From assembly GCA_011526565.1 (NCBI GenBank), contig WYBL01000071.1, forward strand, positions 5,553-69,552: a DNA stretch of 64,000 nt. Direction: 5' to 3'. The position numbers and the translations under genes were made by a program. Every line of letters begins with the position of its first letter. Within the stretch, counting starts at the first letter, position 1. Source of the stretch: Acidobacteriota bacterium. GTDB taxonomy: Bacteria; Acidobacteriota; Vicinamibacteria; Fen-336. Shown here piece after piece: positions 44,931 to 53,296 of the stretch. The notes below the pieces were generated by a model. The model saw nothing but the letters and a program-made list of their open reading frames with translations, was not told the origin of the DNA and made no database searches.

Positions 44931-47003
44931 CTACTGGGGGCTGAGCGTCGCCTCGGTGCGGAAGCCGCTGCCGACGAAGGCGCCGACCAACTGGTCGCCC
45001 ACGCGCTGGCCCTCGAAGCGGAACTGGGTCCGTGCCAGCGTGATCTCGATCAGCACGTCGCAAGGGCACACGAAGCTCGCTCCGCTGCTGATCTGGCCTG
45101 CGATGGTGCCCTGATCGAACTGGTCGGCGTAGCTGCCGGACAGCGTCGGTCCGGCCCCGGAGAACGTGATCACCACGTTGCGGTTGTTGAAGGGCCCGGC
45201 CCACGAGCCCGTCATCGGCCGACCCACCTCGACGCTACCGGTCGCGGTCGCCGAACCGCCCGCGTTGCGGCCCGTGAGGGTCACGCTGAAGCGGCCGCCT
45301 CCCGCGTAGGTGTGATTGACGTTCTGGCCACTGCCGGTGATGCCGTCGCCGAAGGCCCATTCCCAACTCGTCGCGCTGCCGCTGCCCGCGAACGCGAACG
45401 AGGTCAGGCCGGCCAGTCCGCGCCCGCTCGGATTGATGTTCAGGTTGACCGCGGGAGGCGGGCCGCTCGTTCCCCCGCCGACGGGCGAGGTCGTCGACGA
45501 ACCGCCGCCGCCCGCCAGGGCCACGGCACCGCCCAGGAGCGCGGCGCCGCCACCGATCAGCACGGCCTTGCCCGGACCGCGCTTCGAGTCCGGTGGTCGC
45601 GTCGTCGAGCCGCGCTTCGCCCTCTCGCGCGCCCGCTCGAGGTCCGCCGCGGTGACCTCGTGGAAGATGTCGAAGAAGCTGTCCAGGTGCGGCAGGCCCC
45701 TGGGCGGAACAGGCGGAACGGGCGGGCGCGGCGGCGGCTTCGGTGGGTCGTCCACACGCGCGTCCGAAGACCTGAGCCGCGCCTCGGCCTCACGCACGCG
45801 CTTCTCGACCTCCTCGCGCTCGCGCCGTCGCCGAGCCTCCTCCTCCGGTGAGGGGGGCGCGGGGGGCTGCGCTGCGGGCGGATGGCAGCTCGGGTCCATC
45901 GCGATGCCGGCATTCTCCATCTCCACGAGCTCGCGGCGGGCTAGTTCTGCCTCGCGCTCGAACAGGCACTGATTGAGCGCGACCTCCGCCAGCGTCATCT
46001 CGGTCCTGCACTCGAGGGCCCGCTGGCGGGCGAAGCGGACCTGGCCTCGGGCCTGGGCCTGCCCCGAACTCTCGATCGCCAGCATCATCGCGTTGCCCTG
46101 GAGCTGCACGGCGTCGAGCACGAGGCCGATCGTCGTCGCCGTCGCGGTCTGGGCGGCGCTCGTCGCCATGTCGCCGAGGCCGAACAGCACGCCCGAAACA
46201 TCGCCCTCCATAGCGGCGGAAGCGGTGCTGACCGCGCCGTGGGCGACCCCGAGCGCGCCGTCGAGCGGGACGCCGAGCGCGTTCCAGGCCGTGGCCGCCG
46301 CTTCGCCCTGCAGTCCTTCGCCATGGGCCTGCTCCCACTCGGAGTAGTGGGCGATGTCGTTGAGGTTGTCGACGTAGCAGTCGAACCAGCGTTTCACCTC
46401 GGCGAACTCGCCCCTGCAATCGCGCACGTCGGGCAGCGGCTTCGGGATGCAGTGAGGAGGCACCGACTGCGCCGCGACCAGCAGCGGGAAGGTGTCCGTG
46501 TAGCCGAGGCGGGCGACGCGCAGGCCGGGCTCGGGTCTCGTGCTCGACGTCGTGGCCGGCTGGGCGCGCCGGCGCTGCGCCTCGTGGCGGAGGTTGGTGA
46601 CCACCTCCCGGACCAGGCCCCGCAGCTTGTCGGCGTAGGCGGGAACCCGGGTCGGCTGGTGATGGAGGAACGACGTCGCCACCAGTGCGTACGCCGCGTC
46701 CGTCCACGGACGCGACTCCGCGCGGCAGGCCGCAAGCCCCGATTCGCCGTCGCGCCAGAGGCCCTGCATAGCCTCGCGGCTGCGCGCCGGCCAGGCGGGC
46801 TGCCGCCAGTCGATGGCCGCCGTGGCCTGGCCGAAAGCCTCCCACGCCGTGGCCCGCCGCTCGCACGCCGCCGGGTCCGCCGCCGCCAGGCTTGGCGCCG
46901 CCAGCGCCAGCAGCCACACGCCGCGGCGCCCGACTCGAGATGCCCGCGGTCGGCTGGTGTGACATTCCACACGAGGCGGCCAGGAACAGGTGTCGCCAAG
47001 CAT
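44931..47003 (-). CDS. large hypothetical protein with Pro-rich segment, Gly/Ala-rich hydrophobic segment and PKD domain
   Basis: 690-aa ORF. Cys-containing N-domain, coiled-coil, PPKPPPRPPVPPVPP, AVLIGGGAALLGGAVALAGGG, then PKD signature WEWAFGDGITGSGQNVNHTYAGGGRFSVTLTGRNAGG. The start is uncertain; a signal-like WLLALAAPSLAAA lies about 28 aa in. Confidence 0.6.
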   Translation of the reverse strand: MLGDTCSWPPRVECHTSRPRASRVGRRGVWLLALAAPSLAAADPAACERRATAWEAFGQATAAIDWRQPAWPARSREAMQGLWRDGESGLAACRAESRPWTDAAYALVATSFLHHQPTRVPAYADKLRGLVREVVTNLRHEAQRRRAQPATTSSTRPEPGLRVARLGYTDTFPLLVAAQSVPPHCIPKPLPDVRDCRGEFAEVKRWFDCYVDNLNDIAHYSEWEQAHGEGLQGEAAATAWNALGVPLDGALGVAHGAVSTASAAMEGDVSGVLFGLGDMATSAAQTATATTIGLVLDAVQLQGNAMMLAIESSGQAQARGQVRFARQRALECRTEMTLAEVALNQCLFEREAELARRELVEMENAGIAMDPSCHPPAAQPPAPPSPEEEARRRREREEVEKRVREAEARLRSSDARVDDPPKPPPRPPVPPVPPRGLPHLDSFFDIFHEVTAADLERARERAKRGSTTRPPDSKRGPGKAVLIGGGAALLGGAVALAGGGGSSTTSPVGGGTSGPPPAVNLNINPSGRGLAGLTSFAFAGSGSATSWEWAFGDGITGSGQNVNHTYAGGGRFSVTLTGRNAGGSATATGSVEVGRPMTGSWAGPFNNRNVVITFSGAGPTLSGSYADQFDQGTIAGQISSGASFVCPCDVLIEITLARTQFRFEGQRVGDQLVGAFVGSGFRTEATLSPQ

Positions 47004-47113
47004 CGGCGCCTCCTCACGTCCGTTGGTTGGGGGGAACGCCCGATCCTACGCCGGGCCGGGTCGGGGGGGAACCCCGAAAATGGAGTTGTTGCTGCTAGGC
47101 TTCCCGAACTCCC

Positions 47114-48481
47114 ATGACTCCGTGGCTGTTGTTCAGCCTCGCGCTCGGCGCCGGAGAAGCCACGCTGTCGCTGTCGCTGCCCGAGGCGATCGCGATCGCG
47201 CAGCAGGGCAACCTCTCCGTGCTCGCGGCCTGCGATGCGCTGTCGGGCGCCGAGTTCCTGGAGGCCAGCGCCCGCGGCGCCTTCCTGCCGCAGGTCACGC
47301 CCCGCTACTCACGGAACGAGAACGAGACCACGATGACGCTCGACGTCAGCCAGCGCCTGCCGTGGACCGGGGCGACCCTGCAAGTGGGCGCATCGCAGTT
47401 CGGGCGGCACGGCGACGCGGAGCGGCTGGCCGACGCCTCGAGTCTCACGTTGAGCGTGACCCAGCCACTGCTGCGGGGCGCGGGGCCGACCGCCGCCCGC
47501 TTCGACCTCGACAACGCGCGCCGAGCACGCGAGGCCCGCCAACGCTCGCTGGTGCTGACCCGCCAGGCGGTCGCGGTCGAGGTGGTCGGGGCCTACTACG
47601 CGGTCGTCAAGCAGCGGCTCACCGAGGAGGTCGCGCAGCAGAGCCTGCGCCGCAGCCAGGAGCTGGCGCGGGCGTCCGCGGCGCGCATGGAAGTGGGGCT
47701 GGCGAGCCGCCTCGACGTGCTGCGCGCGGAGCTGCAGGCGGCCCAGGCCGAAAGCGCGCTGGTGGCGGCCGAAGCGGCGCAAGCCGCCGCTCTCGAGCGC
47801 TTCCGCATGGCGCTCGGCCTCGACCCGGGTGCGCAGGTCGAGCCGGCGGCGACCGCGCTGCCCGAGGCCACGGCTCCCCCCGCGGAGCCGCTCGCAGAGC
47901 TGCTCTCGATCGCCCGCGAGCGGCGGCTCGACCTGCGCGAGGCCCGGGACGCCGTGCGCGACGCCGAGCGAAGCCTGCGAGTCGCCCGCCTCGACCTGCT
48001 GCCGCAACTCGACCTCACGGTGCGGGCCAGCCGCCTCGGAGCGGGCGAGGGCTTCGAGGCGAGCTTCCGCCACCTCGACTCCCGGGCGGAGATCCTGCTC
48101 GCCGCCTCCTACCCGCTGCAGCGCCGCGCCGCCCAGGCCTCGGCATCGCTTGCCGGCCTCGGCGTCGACGGCGCGGAACGCGCGGTGCTCGAGGCCGAGC
48201 GCCGCGTCGAGGCCGAAGTCCGCGAGCGCGTGCGGGCACTCGAGACGCTCGCCCGCAACATCGAGCTGCAGCGCCGCTCGGTCGACGTCGCGCAGCAGCA
48301 GCAGCGGCTGGCCTCGCTGCGTTACGAACGGGGCCTCGCCTCCAACTTCGACGTGGTCGAAGCCGAAGCCAGCCTGGTGGCCGCGCGCACCGCGCTGGTC
48401 TCGCTGCGCTCGGACCATCAGGTGGCTCTCGTCCTATTGCGGCGCGCGACCGGCGAGCTCGACCCGGGCGAAGCGCCGTGA
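47114..48481 (+). CDS. TolC family outer-membrane efflux protein
   Basis: 455-aa ORF with two OEP repeats (LSLPEAIAIAQQGNLSV..., LLSIARERRLDLREARDAV...). Confidence 0.85.
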   Translation: MTPWLLFSLALGAGEATLSLSLPEAIAIAQQGNLSVLAACDALSGAEFLEASARGAFLPQVTPRYSRNENETTMTLDVSQRLPWTGATLQVGASQFGRHGDAERLADASSLTLSVTQPLLRGAGPTAARFDLDNARRAREARQRSLVLTRQAVAVEVVGAYYAVVKQRLTEEVAQQSLRRSQELARASAARMEVGLASRLDVLRAELQAAQAESALVAAEAAQAAALERFRMALGLDPGAQVEPAATALPEATAPPAEPLAELLSIARERRLDLREARDAVRDAERSLRVARLDLLPQLDLTVRASRLGAGEGFEASFRHLDSRAEILLAASYPLQRRAAQASASLAGLGVDGAERAVLEAERRVEAEVRERVRALETLARNIELQRRSVDVAQQQQRLASLRYERGLASNFDVVEAEASLVAARTALVSLRSDHQVALVLLRRATGELDPGEAP

Positions 48482-49992
48482 GCGCCGAGCCGTGGTCGGT
48501 GCCGCAGCCGGTCCCGCCCCCGTCGGGCCCACCGCCCTGGCTGCGTGCGTTGCAGCGCCGTCCGCGCCGGGCCGCGGGCCTGGCGGTTCTCGCCGCCCTG
48601 GGCGGCTGGTGGGCCAGCCGGCCCGCGAATACCTCGGACGTCCCGGTCGGCGCCGTGCGCCGCGGGCGCTTCGAGGTCACCGTGGTCGAGGCCGGCACCC
48701 TCCAGGCGCTGCGCTCGCACACCTACGGGTCCTCCATCCAGAGCAACCAGGCCAAGATCCTGGCCCTGGTACCCGAGGGCAAGGCCGTCGAGCGCGGCGA
48801 GCTGCTGGTCCTGTTCGACGCCACGCCGTTCGAGGAGGAGATCCGCAAGGCCGAGGCGGCGCTGGGACAGGCGCGCGCGGAAGCCGAACAGGCTCGCCAG
48901 GACCTGCGGATCCAGGGAGTCGTCAACCGCGAAGAAGTGGCCCAGGCGAAACTCAAGAGCGATCGTGCGGCGCTGGAGCTGCTCGACGCGCGCGAGGGCA
49001 AAGGCTCGCTCACCGAGGAGGAGGCCGAGGCGGAAGTGGCGGCCGCGCAGCGTCGTGTGGCCGCCGCCGCCACGGCCCTCGAGGACCTGCGGCCGCTGCT
49101 CGCCGAGGGCTTCATCACCCGCCAGGAGCTGGAGCGCGCCGAGCAGGCGTCGGCCGAGGCCCGCGAGCAGCTCGAGATCGCCCGCAGGCGGCGGGACGCG
49201 CTGCTGCGCTTCGCGCGCCCGCTCGAGCTGTCGCAGGCCGAAGCGGGCGCCCGCGCGACCCGCGAGAGCGAGCGGCAGTTGGCCGCCGCCGCCGGATATC
49301 GCCTGCAGCAACGTGAGGCCGCCATCGCCGGGGCCGCCAGTCGAATCGCCGAAGCGGAGAGCCGGCTGGCCACGGCGCGCGCCCAGCTCGGCCGTACCGA
49401 AGTCCGCGCCGAGGTGCCGGGCATCGTCGTCTACCGGACGGTGTTCTTCGGTTCGGAACAGCGCAAGCCGCAGGTCGGCGATCAGGTCTGGGCGAACCAG
49501 CCGCTGCTGACGCTCCCCGACCTGTCGCGGATGACGGTCGAGGTGCGGGTCCGCGAGACCGACGTGCACAAGGTAGCCAAGGGGCAGCGCGCCGACGTTC
49601 GGGTGGACGCCTATCCCGGCCTGCGGGTGCCGGCCCGGGTCGCCCTGGTCGGCACGCTGGCTCTCGACGATCCCGAGCGACGCGGCGCGAAGTCGTTCCC
49701 GGTCACGCTCGAGCTGGAGCGCGCCGACCCACGGATGCGGCCGGGGATGAGCGCGCGCGTCGAGATCGTGTCCGAGGTGCGGGAGGACGCGGTCTCGGTG
49801 CCGATCGAAGCGGTGTCCGAGCGCGGGGGGCGGCTGGTGGTCCACGTCCAAGGCGTGACCGGCTTCATGGAACGCGAGGTGGTGACGGGCCCGACCAATG
49901 CCGACTTCGTCGTCGTCCTGCAGGGACTCGAAGGCGGCGAAAGGGTGGCGCTGCGTCCGCCACCGGACGAGGTCCCGGCGTCGCGGCCCTGA
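48478..49992 (+). CDS. HlyD/MacA-type periplasmic adaptor (membrane fusion protein)
   Basis: GTG 48478 overlaps the TolC stop (GTGA). TM anchor, long coiled-coil hairpin, and beta-barrel/lipoyl segments (VRAEVPGIVVY, GMSARVEI). Confidence 0.85.
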   Translation: MSAEPWSVPQPVPPPSGPPPWLRALQRRPRRAAGLAVLAALGGWWASRPANTSDVPVGAVRRGRFEVTVVEAGTLQALRSHTYGSSIQSNQAKILALVPEGKAVERGELLVLFDATPFEEEIRKAEAALGQARAEAEQARQDLRIQGVVNREEVAQAKLKSDRAALELLDAREGKGSLTEEEAEAEVAAAQRRVAAAATALEDLRPLLAEGFITRQELERAEQASAEAREQLEIARRRRDALLRFARPLELSQAEAGARATRESERQLAAAAGYRLQQREAAIAGAASRIAEAESRLATARAQLGRTEVRAEVPGIVVYRTVFFGSEQRKPQVGDQVWANQPLLTLPDLSRMTVEVRVRETDVHKVAKGQRADVRVDAYPGLRVPARVALVGTLALDDPERRGAKSFPVTLELERADPRMRPGMSARVEIVSEVREDAVSVPIEAVSERGGRLVVHVQGVTGFMEREVVTGPTNADFVVVLQGLEGGERVALRPPPDEVPASRP

Positions 49993-49996
49993 GCCT

Positions 49997-51169
49997 GTGC
50001 TGCCGCGCGATCAGCTCGCCCTCGGCCTCGACAGCCTGCGCGCCCACAGGCTTCGCTCCTCGCTGTCGATCCTCGGTGTCGTCTTCGGCGTGGCGGCCGT
50101 CGTGGCGATGGCCTCGATCGGCGAAGGCGCGCGCCGCGAGACGCTGGCCCAGATCGAGGCGCTCGGCCTCGACACCTTCGCGCTGCGGCCGAAGGCCGGC
50201 GCGGGCGCCCTGCCCGCTCGCCTCGGGGACTCGCTCTCGACGGTCGTGCCCGGAGTGGTGGCCGTGGCGCCGATCGCCGAGCTCGCGCTGACGGCCGAAG
50301 CGGGCGAACGCCGCTTCGATGCGACGGCGCTCGGGACCACGCCCGAGTACGCCGAGACGACGCGGCTCGCACTCGCGCGCGGCCGGTTCCTGGCCGATCT
50401 CGACGGGCCCGCCCGGGCTCGCGTCGCGGTGCTCGGCGCGGTCGCCGCGTGGCGGCTGTTCCCGCTCGCCGAGCCGCTCGGCCAGCGCTTCCGCATGGGA
50501 CCCGAGTGGTACACCGTCGTCGGCGTGCTGCACGAGCGCGCTTCGCCGCGCTCGCGCGGCCTGTCGCTGCGCGTCCGCGATCTCAACACCAGCGTGCTGG
50601 TGCCGCTCCCCGCCCTGCGCGCGGATTCCGCGGCCGACGAGATCGTCGTACGCCTGGCCGACGGCGAGCGCGTGGTCTCCGCTTCCGAGGTCGCGCGGGC
50701 GCTGGTCCTGCGTCACGTCCGCGCCGAGCCGGAGGTCACGGTGCCGCGCGAGATCCTGCGCCAGCGGCTGCGGGCCCAGCGGGTGTTCGACGTCGTGACC
50801 GGGGCGATCGCGGCGATCGGCCTGCTGGTCGGCGGCATCGGGATAATGAACGTGATGCTGGCGGCGGTCGCCGAGCGGACTCGCGAGGTGGGCGTGCGTC
50901 GCGTCTCCGGGGCGACTCGCCGCGACGTGGCCGCCCAGTTCCTGCTCGAGTCCTCGCTGCTGACCGCCGTGGGCGCAGCGCTCGGCACCGGCCTCGGCAT
51001 CCTGGCTGCGCACGCCATCCAGCGCCTGGCCGGCTGGCCCACGGCGTTGTCCGCGGCGACGCTGGGTCTGGCGCTGTTGATGGCGCTGGCGACCGGGCTC
51101 GGTTTCGGTCTCTACCCGGCCTTGCGAGCCGCGCGACTGGAGCCCGCGGAGGCCCTGCGCGCCGAATGA
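49997..51169 (+). CDS. ABC transporter permease, MacB/DevC-type (MacB periplasmic domain + FtsX)
   Basis: GTG 49997 lies 4 nt after the adaptor stop. LRAHRLRSSLSILGVVFGVAAVVAM, and a C-terminal FtsX block GIGIMNVMLAAVAERTREVGVRRVSGATRRDV. There is no ATPase domain or ATPase gene. Confidence 0.8.
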   Translation: MLPRDQLALGLDSLRAHRLRSSLSILGVVFGVAAVVAMASIGEGARRETLAQIEALGLDTFALRPKAGAGALPARLGDSLSTVVPGVVAVAPIAELALTAEAGERRFDATALGTTPEYAETTRLALARGRFLADLDGPARARVAVLGAVAAWRLFPLAEPLGQRFRMGPEWYTVVGVLHERASPRSRGLSLRVRDLNTSVLVPLPALRADSAADEIVVRLADGERVVSASEVARALVLRHVRAEPEVTVPREILRQRLRAQRVFDVVTGAIAAIGLLVGGIGIMNVMLAAVAERTREVGVRRVSGATRRDVAAQFLLESSLLTAVGAALGTGLGILAAHAIQRLAGWPTALSAATLGLALLMALATGLGFGLYPALRAARLEPAEALRAE

Positions 51170-51188
51170 CGGTCGCCCGCGAGGCGCG

Positions 51189-53240
51189 TTACTCCGGGCG
51201 GCCGCGGGGCAGCGTGGCGCGGACGGTGGTGCCGCGGCCGGGGCTGCTGTGGGCGACGATGCGACCTCCGTGGGCCTCGACGGCGCGGCGGCAGAAGGCG
51301 AGGCCGAGTCCGCTGCCGGCCTCGGTGCCGGAACGGGCGAACTCCTCGAAGACGCGGTCCTCGATGTCGGGCGGCAGGCCCGGGCCGTCGTCGGAGACGC
51401 ACAGCGTCACGGCGGTCGCGTCGGCTTCGGCCGTCACCCGGATCGCCCCGCCCTCGTGGGTGAACTTCACGGCATTGCCGATCAGGTTCTGCAGCACGCG
51501 GGCGAGCAGCCGCGCGTCCGCGTCGATCGTCGGCAGGTCGGGCGGGAGCGCGGCCTCGAGCCGCTGGGCCTTGTCGCGCGCGAGCGGGGCCTGGATCACC
51601 AGCGCATCGTTGACCAGGTCCTCGAGGCGCAACGGGGACCGCGCGAGCGGAAACTTCCCGGTCCGCAGCGCGTGCACCTCGAGGATCGCCGAGATGAGCT
51701 CGAGCAGCCGCGTGATCGAGCGCTGCGCGGCCGGCACGAACGCCTCGCGCGGCATCAGCTCGAAGGCCCCGCGGATCACGGTCAGCGGGTTGCGCAGGTC
51801 GTGGACCAGCATGCCGATCAGGTCCTGGCGCAGCCGCTCGACGGCCTTGCGCTCCGACACGTCGAGCTTGACCGCGATGAAGTGGGTCACCTCGCCGCCG
51901 GCGTCTGTCACCGGTGCGATCGTCTGTTCTTCGCTGTAGAGGCTGCCGTCGCGCCGGCGGTTCACGAGCTCGCCGTGCCAGACACGGCCTGAGAGCACCG
52001 TCCGCCACATCTCCGCGTAGAAGGCGTCGTGGTGCGCTCCCGAGCGCAGGATCGACGTCTTCTGCCCGCGCGCTTCTTCGAGCGGCCAGCCCGTGAGGCG
52101 GGTGAAGGCGGGGTTCGCCCAGCGCACGCGGCCCTCGCGGTCGGTGATCACGATCCCGTTGGCCGCAGCCTCGAGTGCCGCTCCCCGCAGCCGCAGCTCC
52201 TCCTCGGCGGCGAGCTGGGTCGTGATCTCGCGCAGCACGACCACCCGGCCCAGCACCTCGTCCTGGTCGGCGTGCAGCGGGGTGACCCGCACGTCGAAGG
52301 CGTGCGGGCCCGCCGGTGTCTCCATCCGCGCGATCGCGCCGAAGCTGTCGGACACCGGCCGCTCGCACGCGATCTCGGCCCAGGCCGGCAGCAGCTCGGG
52401 GAGCGGGCGGCCCACGGCGGCACCGATCGGGCACGGCAGCAGCGCGGTACCTGCGGCGTTGGCGTCGAGCAGGCGGTCGCGCGCGTCGAGCACCAGCACG
52501 CCGTCGCGCAGGCTGGCGAACACGACGTCGCGTGCCACCGGCACCAGGTCGAGGAGGCGCGCCTCCAATACCCCCCCCGCGAGCGCCACGGTGCTGGCGA
52601 CCAGCGCGAAGGGGTTGGGGTCGATGCCCGCGAAGAGCGACGTCGTCAGGTACAACGCGTGGACCGCGGCCGGGATCGCGGTCGCCACCGCCAGCACCAC
52701 GAGCTGGCGCCGGACCATGCCGGCCGTGCGGCGGATCGCGCGCCCGAGCAGCACGAGGGTCAGGGCGATCGACGCCTGAACGTAGACGTTGTGCACGGTG
52801 TACCACGCTCCCCGCGTGATCGAGGTCAGCGCGAACGAGCCGCTGGTGTCGACGGCGAGCTGCTCCCAGACGAGGCCGTGCCCCTCGTTCGTCCACGCCA
52901 GGAGCGACGTGGTCGCCGGGATCGCGAACAGCAGCGCGAGCCCCAGCGCGCCGGCGAAACGGCGCAGCCCGGTGTGGACCAGGACCAGGGCCAGGACGCA
53001 GCCGGGGACGAACGGCAGGCCGAGGTACTGCACGCGCAGCCAGTGCTTCACCCCGGCGAGGTCGGGGGCGCCCAGCTCCATCGCGTAGCCGACGACGTAG
53101 ACGGCCACGGCGACCGCGAGACAGCCGACCGCGACCGCCCCCGGTACCCGGCGGCGGCGCACGCACAGGGCCGCGATGACGGCCATCAGCAGCGCGCCCA
53201 CGAAGAGCGGAGCGGCGAGCGGCGTGAAGCGCCAGGCCAT
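51189..53240 (-). CDS. sensor histidine kinase with N-terminal 7TM domain and PAS domains
   Basis: 683-aa ORF. Multi-TM N-terminus (HisKA_7TM-like), PAS modules, H-box VHDLRNPL, and an ATPase domain (IGNAVKFT, DDGPGL, GSGLGLA). Confidence 0.85.
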   Translation of the reverse strand: MAWRFTPLAAPLFVGALLMAVIAALCVRRRRVPGAVAVGCLAVAVAVYVVGYAMELGAPDLAGVKHWLRVQYLGLPFVPGCVLALVLVHTGLRRFAGALGLALLFAIPATTSLLAWTNEGHGLVWEQLAVDTSGSFALTSITRGAWYTVHNVYVQASIALTLVLLGRAIRRTAGMVRRQLVVLAVATAIPAAVHALYLTTSLFAGIDPNPFALVASTVALAGGVLEARLLDLVPVARDVVFASLRDGVLVLDARDRLLDANAAGTALLPCPIGAAVGRPLPELLPAWAEIACERPVSDSFGAIARMETPAGPHAFDVRVTPLHADQDEVLGRVVVLREITTQLAAEEELRLRGAALEAAANGIVITDREGRVRWANPAFTRLTGWPLEEARGQKTSILRSGAHHDAFYAEMWRTVLSGRVWHGELVNRRRDGSLYSEEQTIAPVTDAGGEVTHFIAVKLDVSERKAVERLRQDLIGMLVHDLRNPLTVIRGAFELMPREAFVPAAQRSITRLLELISAILEVHALRTGKFPLARSPLRLEDLVNDALVIQAPLARDKAQRLEAALPPDLPTIDADARLLARVLQNLIGNAVKFTHEGGAIRVTAEADATAVTLCVSDDGPGLPPDIEDRVFEEFARSGTEAGSGLGLAFCRRAVEAHGGRIVAHSSPGRGTTVRATLPRGRPE

Positions 53241-53296
53241 CTTCGGAGATTACCGCGGCCCTCCGCCTCTGGCGTGGGGGCCCTCCGGGGTCCCGC

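Noticed and set aside
53259-53289. Direct repeat GGCCCTCCG x2 between the 7TM histidine kinase start and the K2 stop, and a GCGGCCC x2 repeat at 42086-42099.
   Set aside because: These are short GC-rich repeats of this size, expected by chance in this composition. There is no positional or cross-locus support.
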